A stretch of DNA of 64,000 bases from positions 78,646 to 142,645 of the forward strand of contig JACPAE010000004.1 in the NCBI GenBank assembly GCA_016181005.1, in the 5' to 3' direction. Made by a program: the position numbers and the translations under genes. The notes beneath the pieces were generated by a model. The model did no database searches. It was not told the origin of the DNA and was given only the letters and a program-made list of their open reading frames with translations. This document shows, in pieces, positions 1-8,870 of the stretch. This stretch comes from Candidatus Aenigmatarchaeota archaeon. GTDB lineage: Archaea; Aenigmatarchaeota; Aenigmatarchaeia; CG10238-14; SCSR01. Position 1 is the stretch's first letter. Every line of letters begins with the position of its first letter.

Positions 1-43
1 TCATTCTAGACGGTAGAAATAAGAAATTGCATTTGGAATATAA

Positions 44-130
44 TGGGGAGACTGGGATTTGAACCCAGGTTGCCACCATGCTGTTTAATACCCCAAGGTG
101 GATGCCTAGACCAAGCTAGCAGACCTCCCC
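44..130 (-). tRNA. tRNA-Pro(GGG) with 12-nt intron at position 37/38 (intron 79-90)
   Basis: Reverse complement folds as a cloverleaf: acceptor GGGGAGG/TCTCCCC-A, anticodon stem CCACC/GGTGG with loop TT-GGG-G[TATTAAACAGCA]T, T-arm CTGGG-TTCAAAT-CCCAG; no encoded CCA. Confidence 0.9.
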
Positions 131-164
131 TATCAATATTTGATATAAAACCAAATTCTTTAAT

Positions 165-1427
165 ATGCGTTACGAGACTATAGTAGGCAGGACAAAAGAC
201 GATTTGGATAAGTTCGGAGTAGAAGCCTCCGGCTACATAGGCAAGCACATCGTGGGCACTGGTGAAGATGCGCATTTGACAACTAAAGTTTATTTAGATT
301 TGCTAAAACCGCATGTAATCCTTGTAGCCGGCAAGCGCGGATCCGGGAAGTCGTATAGCGCAGGCGCCATAATCGAAGAGTTCTGCATGCTGCCGGACAA
401 ATTCAAGCAAAAGATAGCTTTCGTAGTTTTCGATCCCGTCGGCATATACTGGAGCATGAAGGTTCCCAACGACGAGCAGTTGAAAACATTGACTGAATGG
501 GGGTTGCAGCCGAAGGATTTCAACAATATCAAAATTTACGTTCCCGAAAGCCAGATTGCCGAATACGAAAAGGCGGAGATTCCTGTTGACGGGACAATAT
601 CCATAGCATTGAACGAGCTTACTGCAGAGGATTTGGTTCTTGCATTCAACTTTGAAAGGACAAGCGAGCTTGCCGTAGCTTTGGAAAAGAACTTCAACCA
701 GCTTCTGAAGGCGGGAAAAAGTTTCAGCATAGAGGATTTAATCGATTTAATTTCGAGCGACAAGCGGTTGGATAAAGGGACGAAGGACACGCTGGTCAAT
801 TTCCTCGAGCTATTATCTCAGTGGGAGGTAATCAAAAAGGAAGGCACCAAAGTTAGGGATTTGGTCAAGCCCGGCCATGTGATAGTTTTTGATTTCTCTA
901 GACTGAAGTCTCAGGAAGTCAGGACTCTAGTGGCAGGTCTTGTCTCAAGAGAAATAATGCACCAAAGAATTCTGGCAAGAAAGGAGGAGGAAATAGCTAA
1001 GATCACGGGCGAAAAGTCGAAGGCTAAATTCCCAATTACGTGGATAATATACGAAGAAGCCCACGGATTTGTACCGAATGATGGGGAAACAAGCTCTAGT
1101 GCTGATATTAAGCGTATTGCAAAAGAAGGACGTGAACCTGGAGTGGGTCTGATGGTAATTACGCAACAACCAAACAAAGTTCACTCAGATGTTTTAAGCC
1201 AATCTGACATAGTCATATCGTTCAGATTAACCAGTAAAGATGATTTGCAAGCATTGCATAGAGTGCATCAAACTTACATGCAGGAAGAACTTGAGAAAAT
1301 GATTAATAAGCTTCCCAGAGTTCCGGGAGCAAGCTTGATTTTGGATGATGTACTCGAAAAAATATTTCTAGTTAATATAAGGCCACGACTTAGCCATCAT
1401 GCAGGTTCAACTGCTGTCATTATTTAA
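165..1427 (+). CDS. HerA/FtsK-like (DUF87) P-loop ATPase
   Basis: Walker A GKRGSGKS, VFDPVG, Walker B IIYEEAH, EGREPGVG..ITQQP motifs. Confidence 0.85.
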   Translation: MRYETIVGRTKDDLDKFGVEASGYIGKHIVGTGEDAHLTTKVYLDLLKPHVILVAGKRGSGKSYSAGAIIEEFCMLPDKFKQKIAFVVFDPVGIYWSMKVPNDEQLKTLTEWGLQPKDFNNIKIYVPESQIAEYEKAEIPVDGTISIALNELTAEDLVLAFNFERTSELAVALEKNFNQLLKAGKSFSIEDLIDLISSDKRLDKGTKDTLVNFLELLSQWEVIKKEGTKVRDLVKPGHVIVFDFSRLKSQEVRTLVAGLVSREIMHQRILARKEEEIAKITGEKSKAKFPITWIIYEEAHGFVPNDGETSSSADIKRIAKEGREPGVGLMVITQQPNKVHSDVLSQSDIVISFRLTSKDDLQALHRVHQTYMQEELEKMINKLPRVPGASLILDDVLEKIFLVNIRPRLSHHAGSTAVII

Positions 1428-1447
1428 TCTTTTAGACAAAAATAATT

Positions 1448-2590
1448 ATGCCGTTTTCACAAAATGCAAGGCGGAAAATAATAGTTCGAGAAATAAAAGT
1501 TGACAAGGTCCTTGATATTAATGAACATGTGGACGGAGGATGGTTTTGGACAAAATATTCAGCCGCCCCCTACATGGGTTGCCAATACGGCTGTACTTAC
1601 TGTTTTCTCCGTGAAGATATGTATAGATTGAATGTCAAAAATAAAATCACTAAAAATTTAGAAGATCCATTTTCCCAGTTTATCAGAGTAAGAATTAATG
1701 CACCTGAAATCTTAGACAAGGAATTGCCACTAGTACCTAAAGATATCATAGTAACTGGCGATTATCAGCCTATTGAAAATAAGTTTAAACTATCTAGAAA
1801 GATGCTTGAAGTTTGTCTGAAACATGAATTCCCAACTCTCATAATAGCAAAATCACCATTAATCCTAAGAGATCTGGATGTGATCAAAAGGATAAGCGAA
1901 AAGTCATGGGCTTGTGTTGTTTTCAGCATTTCTTCTACGTCAAAAAGTCATCGAGAATCATTCGAACCTTTTGCGTCATCAATAGAAAGCAGATTCATGA
2001 TTATGAAAAGATTTAGTGAAGCTGGAATTTATACAGGAACAGCTCTTATGCCCATATTCCCATTTATTACAGATAGCGATGAAAATCTTGAGACAATCGT
2101 CGGAAAAACAAAAGAAAATGGAGGGAAATTCATTCTAGCTGGTGGGTTGGTACTCAGCGATAGCCAGGCTGAAGCATTTTACATGTCTTTAGAAAAATAT
2201 AATAAAAGTCTAGTTGAAAAGTATAAACTCATATATGGAAACCAATTTTCTCCCCAAGACAATTCCTGGGCTGTAATAGGACGAAAAGTCAGAGAATTAT
2301 GCAAAAAATACGGTTTAGATTATAGAATTAAAAGATTTATTCCAGATACACCGTTACTTGTAAATAAAAGAATAGTGGAACAGTTATTTCTAAAAGTTTA
2401 TGAAATGGAATTGAATGAGGAGAACGAAGAGAGTATTTTTAGATATAGAAAATTAGCTTGGTTTATTGATGAATTTAAAGAACCAATCTCAAATTTGGCA
2501 AGTGGGAAAATATTAATTGATAGGTTAAAAACAGATAAAAATCTAAGTAAAATAGAAAAGATTCTTTCAGAGAGAAGGCTATTTAACTAG
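1448..2590 (+). CDS. Radical SAM protein, spore photoproduct lyase-like family
   Basis: PYMGCQYGCTYC (CxxxCxxC), DYQPIE, KS.LILRDLD motifs. Confidence 0.8.
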   Translation: MPFSQNARRKIIVREIKVDKVLDINEHVDGGWFWTKYSAAPYMGCQYGCTYCFLREDMYRLNVKNKITKNLEDPFSQFIRVRINAPEILDKELPLVPKDIIVTGDYQPIENKFKLSRKMLEVCLKHEFPTLIIAKSPLILRDLDVIKRISEKSWACVVFSISSTSKSHRESFEPFASSIESRFMIMKRFSEAGIYTGTALMPIFPFITDSDENLETIVGKTKENGGKFILAGGLVLSDSQAEAFYMSLEKYNKSLVEKYKLIYGNQFSPQDNSWAVIGRKVRELCKKYGLDYRIKRFIPDTPLLVNKRIVEQLFLKVYEMELNEENEESIFRYRKLAWFIDEFKEPISNLASGKILIDRLKTDKNLSKIEKILSERRLFN

Positions 2591-2622
2591 TAATTGAGTA
2601 TTGTTCTTAGTCCCCGCAAAAT

Positions 2623-2904
2623 TCATCTTCGATAAAGTTTCCTAATACCTTTCACACCAAGATACAAAGGCAAGTAAACTGTATCCCAAAAGGCTCCAGC
2701 TGCAGTCAAAACTAATCCACCATCATTTGTTTTTTCGTATTTGGTGAAAGCATAAGGATGATCAAAATCATCGCCTGTTCCGGCAGTAATTATTTTCACA
2801 ATCGGTGCGGCGTAAATTTCCATAAGCGGAACAGCTATAGCAAAAATTCCACTCGTTTCTGAATCAAATCTTAGTTTTCCTGGAAATATTTTCGGTATAT
2901 TCAT
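2623..2904 (-). CDS. Hypothetical protein
   Basis: 93-aa ORF with upstream TATA-like GATTTAAAG on the minus strand; no recognisable motif. Confidence 0.45.
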   Translation of the reverse strand: MNIPKIFPGKLRFDSETSGIFAIAVPLMEIYAAPIVKIITAGTGDDFDHPYAFTKYEKTNDGGLVLTAAGAFWDTVYLPLYLGVKGIRKLYRR

Positions 2905-3011
2905 ATTTACCCTGAGATATAAATAATTAGTTTGTTGTAATCTTTAAATCCTTTCCCATACTGATGCTATTGCTGGATAAGTTTGCAGATGACAGTTTAC
3001 AAGCAACTTAA

Positions 3012-4577
3012 TTAACTCAAAATTCTCGTTACAGTTCCTATACCCTTCGTCTTTCCTTCCCTGAAAACAAACCTGTCCCCCTCTTCCATGTAGTGCGGCG
3101 AATACTTGAAAGTGAACTTGACCTCCCCAGTCTCACCAGCCTTGAGATACTCCCTGCTCATCGAGTCAATCTTCGCAGATTCGGCAACCGTTGCCAAATG
3201 TATCACAGGCTCGTAACCATTTGTTATCCTTGTAGGATGGGTTAAAACTAAAACATCTGCTTCAAAACTTTTTACAGTATGCGGTTTCAATTCTTCATCA
3301 CAAATTATCATCCCACGGCCAACATCATCATAGTTCACTCCTCTTAATGCTGTGCCAACAACAAATCCAGTGTCAGCTTCTGCTATACGGTGATAATGCA
3401 TTTCTATGCTAGCGGCTTTAACTTTTCTAAACTTGCCTGCTGAATCAGGGCCCAATAACAATTCTTTCCCTGTCTTCAATCTGCCTTGTTTAATAGTCCC
3501 CGAAACAACAGTACCGACACCAGTAACATTGTATATCTTGTCGACAAACATCAGAAATGGTTTGTCCAAATTCCTTCTCCTTTCAGGCAATGCAAGCAAT
3601 AATTTATTCAAAATATCATATCCTTCCAATGTAACGGCAGATGTTTTTATTATCGGGACAATTGTATCCAGCTTGTCAATCACGACATTCAGATCATTCC
3701 CATCTTTTACCAGATAAGGAATCCTGCCGACATGCTTCAACAGTTCTTCTATCTGCAGTTCTGCATCCTCCATTTTTTTCTTGCCTACTTTATCAATTTT
3801 TGTCATGCACACTATTACCGGGAGATTGACTGCCAACAACAATCCCAGATGTTCTTTTGTCATGTTCATCACACCGTCATCGACAGCTACAACAAGCAAG
3901 CCATAATCAATATCCTGACCTACAACTCCACGTATAGCAGTCCTGAGAAAGCCCTCATGTCCAGGCGCGTCCACGAAACTAATTAGTTTATCTGATTGCT
4001 CAACAATTCTACTTCTCTCTTTCTTGTCTAAAGGATTTTTGAGGTGCAGCGGTTTGTTATCCTTAAATCCTAATAATGCATAGTGCAAATCTGCCGACAA
4101 GTTTCTTTCTATTTCATGAGGCAATACATCCAGAAAGAGCCAGTTTTTTAATGCTGTGTCAGCTTTGCCTGTCATCAAGGTGCCGAGTAATGTCGACTTG
4201 CCATGGTTTACATGGCCGGATGAGGCAATGACAATATGTGATTTGAATCCATTTGCAAAAGCCTTGTTAATGACAATCTTTCCTAGCAAGTTTCCATTAT
4301 CAGTGAATTTTTCTACTTTAACAATGTTAGCATTGTTTTCTGCTGTAACAACTTTCAAAACATTTAACGTCTCTTCAAATTCCAAGTCACTCAAACCTTT
4401 AGACCTACCGTCGTCATCAACGCCAATGACATAAACAGCAGTACCTTTACCAATCTCAAGCAAATACTTCATCTGCGACGCAAGGTGCTGCTTCTTCACG
4501 TCCTTCAAATGAATGCTCGGCACCAGCTTCTCCTTAAACTCGATGTTCTTGTTTTCCCTGTTTGGAATCGATGGCAT
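3012..4577 (-). CDS. Translational GTPase, GTPBP1/EF-Tu-like
   Basis: GHVNHGKST, DAPGH, TKID motifs plus EF-Tu domains II/III; N-terminal NIEFK...YVIGVDDDG domain. Confidence 0.85.
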   Translation of the reverse strand: MPSIPNRENKNIEFKEKLVPSIHLKDVKKQHLASQMKYLLEIGKGTAVYVIGVDDDGRSKGLSDLEFEETLNVLKVVTAENNANIVKVEKFTDNGNLLGKIVINKAFANGFKSHIVIASSGHVNHGKSTLLGTLMTGKADTALKNWLFLDVLPHEIERNLSADLHYALLGFKDNKPLHLKNPLDKKERSRIVEQSDKLISFVDAPGHEGFLRTAIRGVVGQDIDYGLLVVAVDDGVMNMTKEHLGLLLAVNLPVIVCMTKIDKVGKKKMEDAELQIEELLKHVGRIPYLVKDGNDLNVVIDKLDTIVPIIKTSAVTLEGYDILNKLLLALPERRRNLDKPFLMFVDKIYNVTGVGTVVSGTIKQGRLKTGKELLLGPDSAGKFRKVKAASIEMHYHRIAEADTGFVVGTALRGVNYDDVGRGMIICDEELKPHTVKSFEADVLVLTHPTRITNGYEPVIHLATVAESAKIDSMSREYLKAGETGEVKFTFKYSPHYMEEGDRFVFREGKTKGIGTVTRILS

Positions 4578-4612
4578 ACAGTTCTATTAAACACATCTTA
4601 TTTTATAAACTT

Positions 4613-5386
4613 TCATTCCGGCACTAGAACGCCCACATACCAGATTACCAATATACCCAAGATTAGCAAGGCAAACTGCATCGCTGACTTGGTGACTTTC
4701 TTTTCCCTATGGGTTTCTGGCAGCAAGTCAGTGCTTGCTATGTAAATAAACCCGCCTGCCGCCAATGAAATCAATATGGAAGTCATGTTTTCGAACAAAG
4801 GAAGGTAGTAGAATCCGACTATAAATCCCAGCACGGCAGTCATTTGCGCGAACAGGCTGTACAGAATTATCTTGGCCCGCCTGAACCTCGCATGGAGAAG
4901 AATCGCAAACTCTCCGATTTCCTGCGGAACTTCATGGAACAGAACTGCAAGGGAAGTGGCAAGCCCGACTCTAAAGTCAATCAAAAATCCAGCAGCTATA
5001 ATCAAACCGTCCATGAAATTGTGCAGGGCATCCCCGAATGTTATCAAGTATCCTACAGGATGCGCCTTCTCGTCCGGATGGTGTTTGTTACGGTGCCATA
5101 TGTGCTCGACTGAATGATGATGGTACAAGAGCAGAGTCTTCTCAAGAAGGTAAAACAGCAAAATGCCTGCAAGAGTGTAGGTCAGGACTGTTTCCGCCTT
5201 GACAACTCCCAAAGCCTCAGGCAGCATATCCAGGAAAACAACGCCCAGCATCGCGCCTATAGCAAAGCTTATCATGTATTTTGAAACGAATTTCGCCCAT
5301 TTCTGCTTGTATATCAGCAACAGCCCGCCGCTCAAGCCAAGAAGGCTTATGAGAAAAACGATGCCAAGTGCAAGGAGGAAAACCAT
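4613..5386 (-). CDS. ZIP family metal transporter
   Basis: Hydrophobic with His-rich loop; GDALHNFMDG and HEVPQEIG motifs. Confidence 0.9.
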   Translation of the reverse strand: MVFLLALGIVFLISLLGLSGGLLLIYKQKWAKFVSKYMISFAIGAMLGVVFLDMLPEALGVVKAETVLTYTLAGILLFYLLEKTLLLYHHHSVEHIWHRNKHHPDEKAHPVGYLITFGDALHNFMDGLIIAAGFLIDFRVGLATSLAVLFHEVPQEIGEFAILLHARFRRAKIILYSLFAQMTAVLGFIVGFYYLPLFENMTSILISLAAGGFIYIASTDLLPETHREKKVTKSAMQFALLILGILVIWYVGVLVPE

Positions 5387-5436
5387 ACAAATACATTAAA
5401 AATTCCCTTTTAAATAATAACTATCCAAGTGATTGT

Positions 5437-6204
5437 ATGGCAGCGAAGGATGGAAGGCCGAGGAACGGGGAATTGGTTCTGTGCACTGTCAGGAAGGTCA
5501 GCCAGTTCGCCGCATGGTGCGACGTCGAGGAATACCCCAACAGCGAAGGGATGATACACATCGCCGAAGTCGCGGGCAAATGGGTGCACGACATCAAAAA
5601 GTTCGTCAAGATGGGCAAGCAGTATGTGGTCAAGGTTGTCAGGGCAGACGGCAACACTATTCACTTGAGCCTGAAGAGGGTTTCAAAGAGCGAGGAAAGG
5701 GGCAAATGGAACGAGTTCAGGAAGGGGCAGAGGGCCGACAGCATCTTGAAAATTATTGGAAGAGAAATAAATTTGCCTATCGATCAAGTCTACGAGGATA
5801 TAAAGGCTCCGCTCCAGGAGAATTTCGGCGACCTGTACGCCGCTTTCGAGGAGATAAAGAAATCCCCGGACATTCTGACAGAGTTGAACATCCCGAAAAA
5901 ATGGCACGAGGGAATCGTTAAGGTTCTCAAAAAGGCGCTTGTTGACAAGGAGTATACTATAAAGGTGGAGATGGAGATGCAGAGCTACGACGGGGACGGG
6001 ATAAAAAGGATTAAATCGATATTAGAGAGCCTGGAAAAAGGCGGGATACATGTCGCATACGTATCCGCCCCGAAATACATGCTCGACATCAAAACAAAGA
6101 ATCCGAAGGCGGACAGGAGAAAGCTTGAGCAGCAGGTTGAAAAGGCCATGTCGGACGCTCAAAAGCTCCACCTTGATGCCAAATACAATTTTGTAGAAGG
6201 CTAG
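5437..6204 (+). CDS. eif2a: Translation initiation factor aIF2 alpha subunit
   Basis: S1 domain (GELVLCTV...EGMIHIAEV...LSLKRV), C-terminal YVSAPKY; conserved aIF2a-Nop10-PAC2 order; start moved to ATG 5437. Confidence 0.9.
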   Translation: MAAKDGRPRNGELVLCTVRKVSQFAAWCDVEEYPNSEGMIHIAEVAGKWVHDIKKFVKMGKQYVVKVVRADGNTIHLSLKRVSKSEERGKWNEFRKGQRADSILKIIGREINLPIDQVYEDIKAPLQENFGDLYAAFEEIKKSPDILTELNIPKKWHEGIVKVLKKALVDKEYTIKVEMEMQSYDGDGIKRIKSILESLEKGGIHVAYVSAPKYMLDIKTKNPKADRRKLEQQVEKAMSDAQKLHLDAKYNFVEG

Positions 6205-6209
6205 ATTCG

Positions 6210-6380
6210 ATGAAACTGAGGAAATGCGCAAACTGCAATGCATACACTTTTAAGCAGACCTGCACAAAATGTAATAAAGAAACTATAAATCCTCACCCGC
6301 CCAAATATTCTCCTGAGGATGTTTACGGCGAATTTAGGAGAAGGATGAAGGCTGAATCAAATGTCGACAGAGATAATTGA
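6210..6380 (+). CDS. nop10: H/ACA RNP protein Nop10
   Basis: Manually translated, not in ORF track: MKLRKCANCNAYTFKQTCTKCNKETINPHPPKYSPEDVYGEFRR. Confidence 0.9.
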   Translation: MKLRKCANCNAYTFKQTCTKCNKETINPHPPKYSPEDVYGEFRRRMKAESNVDRDN

Positions 6381-7158
6381 ACTGGAAAAACCAAAGCTGA
6401 AGAACCCCATTTTCGTAGAAGGGTTGCCAGGAATAGGCCATGTGGGCAGGATTGCGGCAAGCTATCTGGTCGAGGAGCTGAAGGCGAAAAAGTTTGCAGA
6501 GCTAATTTCCTCGCATTTTATGCATTACGTGCTTTTGAAGCAGTCGTCTTCGGTGCATCTGCTGAAGAACGAGTTCTACTACCTGAAGGCGAAGGGAAGC
6601 GGAAGGGACTTGATAATACTTGTAGGCGATTCGCAGAGCGTGGATCCAGAAGGACATTACGAGATTGCGAACAAAATTCTCGAGTATCTGAAAAAATACG
6701 GTGTCAAGGAAATGATAACTCTAGGAGGCTTGGGTATAGGCGAGGTAAAGGACAAGCCAAAAGTTGTTGGAGCTGTGAGCGACGAAGGGATGGGCAAAAA
6801 GTACAAGAGCTACGGGATCGATTTCAACACTGCAAGCAAAGTCGGAACGATTATAGGCGCATCAGGATTGTTGCTGGGTTTAGGCAAGTTGTACGGCATG
6901 AGAGGGTTGTGCTTGCTGGGCGAGACCACAGGATACCCGCTTCTGCCAGATCCTAAAGCTGCAGAAGAAGTGCTAAAGGTCTTGGCAAAGGTTCTGGGTT
7001 TGAAGATGGATACTACAAAGCTTGACAAGAAGATAAAGGAAATGGAAGAGTTCATCAAGAAGATGGAGGACATGCAGAGGAAGGTTATGGGCCAGATGAT
7101 GCAGCAGCAGATGCCGCAGAAAAAGGAAGGCAAGGAAGAACTGAGCTACATAGGATAA
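6361..7158 (+). CDS. PAC2 family proteasome assembly chaperone
   Basis: EGLPGIGHVG, MITLGG, GASGLLLG, CLLGET..PDPKAA motifs. Confidence 0.9.
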   Translation: MSTEIIELEKPKLKNPIFVEGLPGIGHVGRIAASYLVEELKAKKFAELISSHFMHYVLLKQSSSVHLLKNEFYYLKAKGSGRDLIILVGDSQSVDPEGHYEIANKILEYLKKYGVKEMITLGGLGIGEVKDKPKVVGAVSDEGMGKKYKSYGIDFNTASKVGTIIGASGLLLGLGKLYGMRGLCLLGETTGYPLLPDPKAAEEVLKVLAKVLGLKMDTTKLDKKIKEMEEFIKKMEDMQRKVMGQMMQQQMPQKKEGKEELSYIG

Positions 7159-7193
7159 AATCTTTAAAAGCGTTTTCTGACAATAAGATATTC

Positions 7194-7802
7194 ATGACTA
7201 CAAAGCTTTTGATGTCGCAGGAAGAATATCTGGCTTCAGGAGTTCACATAGGCATGAAGCAGAAGGCCGAGCAGATGAAGCCGTTCATCTACAAGGTAAG
7301 GGAAGACGGGCTTGCAGTAATGAACCTGGGAAAGATTGACGAGAGGATAAAGACTGCGGCAAAGTTCCTGTCAAGCTTGGAAAAGATTCTTGTTGTCACA
7401 AGGAAATCAATTGCATTCAGTTCAATCAAGAAATTCGGCGAGGCTATAGGCGCAGAAGTTGTTACTGGAAGATTTATGCCAGGAACATTGACCAACCCGA
7501 CTTACAAGAGCTTTTTCGAGGCTCAGGCTGTTGTCATTGTCGATCCTGTAAGCGACCACCAGGCGATGGAGGAGGCTGTAAAAGCAAGAGTTCCTGTTGT
7601 CGCCATTTGCGATACTTTCAACGAGACGAAAGACATCGACTTGATTATTCCTGCCAACAACAAGGGAAGAAAGTCAGTCGCGACAATTTTCTGGCTACTT
7701 GCAAGAGAAATCATGAAGGAACGGGGAGGTATCAAGTCTGACAAGGACTTCAAGTACGAGATTAAGGATTTTGAAGGGACGGAAGCGAGTCAGCTTGGAT
7801 AA
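7194..7802 (+). CDS. rps2: 30S ribosomal protein S2
   Basis: YLASGVHIG, GRFMPGTLTNP, IPANNKGRKS motifs. Confidence 0.95.
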   Translation: MTTKLLMSQEEYLASGVHIGMKQKAEQMKPFIYKVREDGLAVMNLGKIDERIKTAAKFLSSLEKILVVTRKSIAFSSIKKFGEAIGAEVVTGRFMPGTLTNPTYKSFFEAQAVVIVDPVSDHQAMEEAVKARVPVVAICDTFNETKDIDLIIPANNKGRKSVATIFWLLAREIMKERGGIKSDKDFKYEIKDFEGTEASQLG

Positions 7803-8263
7803 TAGGTTGGTTCTTCGCCCCTTTTTGGACGTTCTCTACGCCAACCATGTTGTGTGTACTCACTTCCTAAAATATGAGCCACTTCCCATGAAACTGCTAT
7901 ATCAGACGGCTTGACGTAACCTTGTGATATCATGAGCTCTTCAGCTTTATTTATTATGTAAGCTCTGCTAAGCGATCCGCTAGGAATATATACATTAGTC
8001 TTTCTCGGTCTTACAGTTCTATCATAGGCGGATAAAGTATCGGATACGACTCCTCTAAGCTCTTGAATAAATGCATCGGCATCTTCGAACATTTCAATAT
8101 GTCCAGCGTCAGATAATACCCTTCCCTTTAGACTATCTAGTCTTTCCAATTCTTTATTTACTCTTCCCATAAACTGTGTTTTAAGTCTTGAATAGTGCCC
8201 CCTGTTTGCCATACAAGGAATAACGGCAGTTAATTTTAAATATCTGATTAAATGCCGCAACAA
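7790..8263 (-). CDS. Hypothetical protein
   Basis: ORF filling the rps2-nrdR gap; probable start at MANRG. Confidence 0.45.
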   Translation of the reverse strand: MLRHLIRYLKLTAVIPCMANRGHYSRLKTQFMGRVNKELERLDSLKGRVLSDAGHIEMFEDADAFIQELRGVVSDTLSAYDRTVRPRKTNVYIPSGSLSRAYIINKAEELMISQGYVKPSDIAVSWEVAHILGSEYTQHGWRRERPKRGEEPTYYPS

Positions 8264-8345
8264 TTTTCAATAACTACACCAAAGTAATCCCACATCTTTG
8301 GAATATATTTTCATAAACAGAAAAGGGTATTTATACTCAAGCTGA

Positions 8346-8384
8346 AACCTATATATTGGCCTCAAAAACCACAACATATTGTGG
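8346..8384. promoter_or_regulatory. Tandem NrdR boxes (8346-8361 and 8369-8384)
   Basis: aacCTATATATTGgcc and ccACAACATATTGTGg resemble the NrdR consensus acaCwAtATaTwGtgt, directly upstream of nrdR-nrdJ. Confidence 0.75.
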
Positions 8385-8418
8385 TTTTATAAGTATGCGA
8401 ACACAATTATAGAAATAC

Positions 8419-8868
8419 ATGAAATGCCCGTATTGCGACAGCGAAGACACAAAGGTTATAGACAAGAGGGCGAGCGACGAAAGGTCGTTCAGAAGGCGTA
8501 GGCAGTGTGAAAAGTGCGAGAAAAGGTTCACAACATACGAACGGGTTGAGATAGTCCCCCTAACCGTGATAAAGAAGGACGGAAGAAGGGAGAACTTTGA
8601 CAGGAACAAGATGCGAGTCGGCATAATGCACGCGTGCGAAAGAAGACCGATAAACCAGGAAAAAATAGAGAAGATCGTGAACGAGATCGAGACTGAAATC
8701 AAAAACATGGACACGGTGGAGATAAAGTCGAAGATTGTTGGTGACATGGCAATGGAAAAATTGAAAGAATTGGACGAAGTCGCTTATATCCGTTTTGCAT
8801 CAGTCTATAAAAAGTTCAGGGACATAGAATCTTTTGAAAAGGAACTGAAGGAATTGAAAAAGGGATAG
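8419..8868 (+). CDS. nrdR: Transcriptional repressor NrdR
   Basis: MKCPYC...RRRRQCEKCEKRFTTYE zinc ribbon, ATP cone, VAYIRFASVY. Confidence 0.95.
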   Translation: MKCPYCDSEDTKVIDKRASDERSFRRRRQCEKCEKRFTTYERVEIVPLTVIKKDGRRENFDRNKMRVGIMHACERRPINQEKIEKIVNEIETEIKNMDTVEIKSKIVGDMAMEKLKELDEVAYIRFASVYKKFRDIESFEKELKELKKG

Positions 8869-8870
8869 AC

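Noticed and set aside
5433..5921. Alternative-frame and antisense ORFs overlapping well-supported genes (this one and many others in the track)
   Set aside because: They lack motifs and overlap confidently assigned CDSs
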